From the NCBI RefSeq assembly GCF_009914755.1, contig NC_060946.1: a stretch of DNA of 64,000 nt. The stretch is one strand, 5' to 3'. This document shows, piece after piece, positions 63,305-64,000 of the stretch. Within the stretch, counting starts at the first letter, position 1. Each line of letters opens with the position of its first letter. The stretch comes from the human T2T-CHM13v2.0 reference genome, Homo sapiens. The notes below the pieces were generated by a model. It was given only the letters and a program-made list of their open reading frames with translations, did no database searches and was not told the DNA's origin. A program made the translations under genes and the position numbers.

Positions 63305-64000
63305 CTACGGATAGATCACTTAGCACAGTGTGGGCAGATAGTAACTGCTCAATAAATGGGAACTACTGTTACATACCTGTATGTAGTTCTCTAATATCCC
63401 TATTTTATAAAAATGAGGTCCCCCCATATTTTTCTTAGCTTCCTTTTGTCAATTAATATATCATAGACATTTTTCCAGGTCTGCACATGTAGCCTCCTCT
63501 ATGTGAGAGCCGCATGGCCTTCCAAAGGACGCCGTCCATGCAAGAGGCTAAACTATGTCTGTGGGTTCAAAACCCTCAGTCTGTGCCATGGTGCTTTAAA
63601 ACTTGGAAATGGCTCATACCTGTAATCCCAACACTTTGGGAGGCCAAGGTGGGAGGATCGCTTGAGCCCAAGAGTTTGAGACAAACCTGGGCAACATGTG
63701 AAACACTGTCTCTACAAAAAATACCAAAATTAGTATTTTTGGTGTGGTGGCATGTGCCTGTAGTCCCAGCTATTTGGGAGGCTGAGGTAAGAGGATCGAT
63801 TGAGCCCTGGAGTTCAAAGCTGCAATAGCCATAATTGCACTCCAGCCTGGGCTACAGAGAAGACCTGTCTTAAGAAACACAAACAGGCTGGGCGCGGTGG
63901 CTCACGCCTGTAATCCCAGCACTTTGGGAGGCCCAGGCGAGGGGATCACGAGGTCAGTAGATCGAGACCATCTTGCACTCCAGCCTGGGAGACAGCGAGA

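Overview
Human (primate) genomic DNA, GC- and Alu-rich, recognisable as the 3' two-thirds of TRIOBP (TRIO and F-actin binding protein; DFNB28 deafness gene, chr22q13.1) on the + strand. It contains long-isoform exons (conventionally exons 8-11, 2805-10547), the CpG-island promoter and first exon of the short TRIOBP-1/TARA isoform (ATGs at 15773 and 15950), and the shared PH-domain and coiled-coil exons (21308-42300). Splicing these by GT-AG boundaries read from the sequence gives an open 1959-nt CDS (652 aa, or 593 aa from the second ATG). Also present: an alternative MIR-derived terminal exon (28954-29064, 431-aa isoform), a non-coding last exon with proximal (44023) and distal (46032/46067) AATAAA signals, and about 18 kb of Alu-dense intergenic DNA with a full-length SVA nested in an Alu and a truncated U13 snoRNA retrocopy. 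No wholly new gene system is demonstrable. Best leads: a candidate 21-nt in-frame microexon before the PH domain; a tandem acceptor toggling a 13-aa PH-loop insert; a (GGC)7 poly-Gly tract in the optional N-terminal extension; a terminal exon assembled from three transposon relics; a 113-bp unique duplication retaining four E-boxes; a U13-Alu fusion; an 83-bp Alu-Alu gene-conversion tract; and an intronic ETS/CCAAT/TATA/D-box cluster. Exon numbers, isoform names and repeat subfamilies are from recall and need database confirmation; repeat boundaries are approximate.
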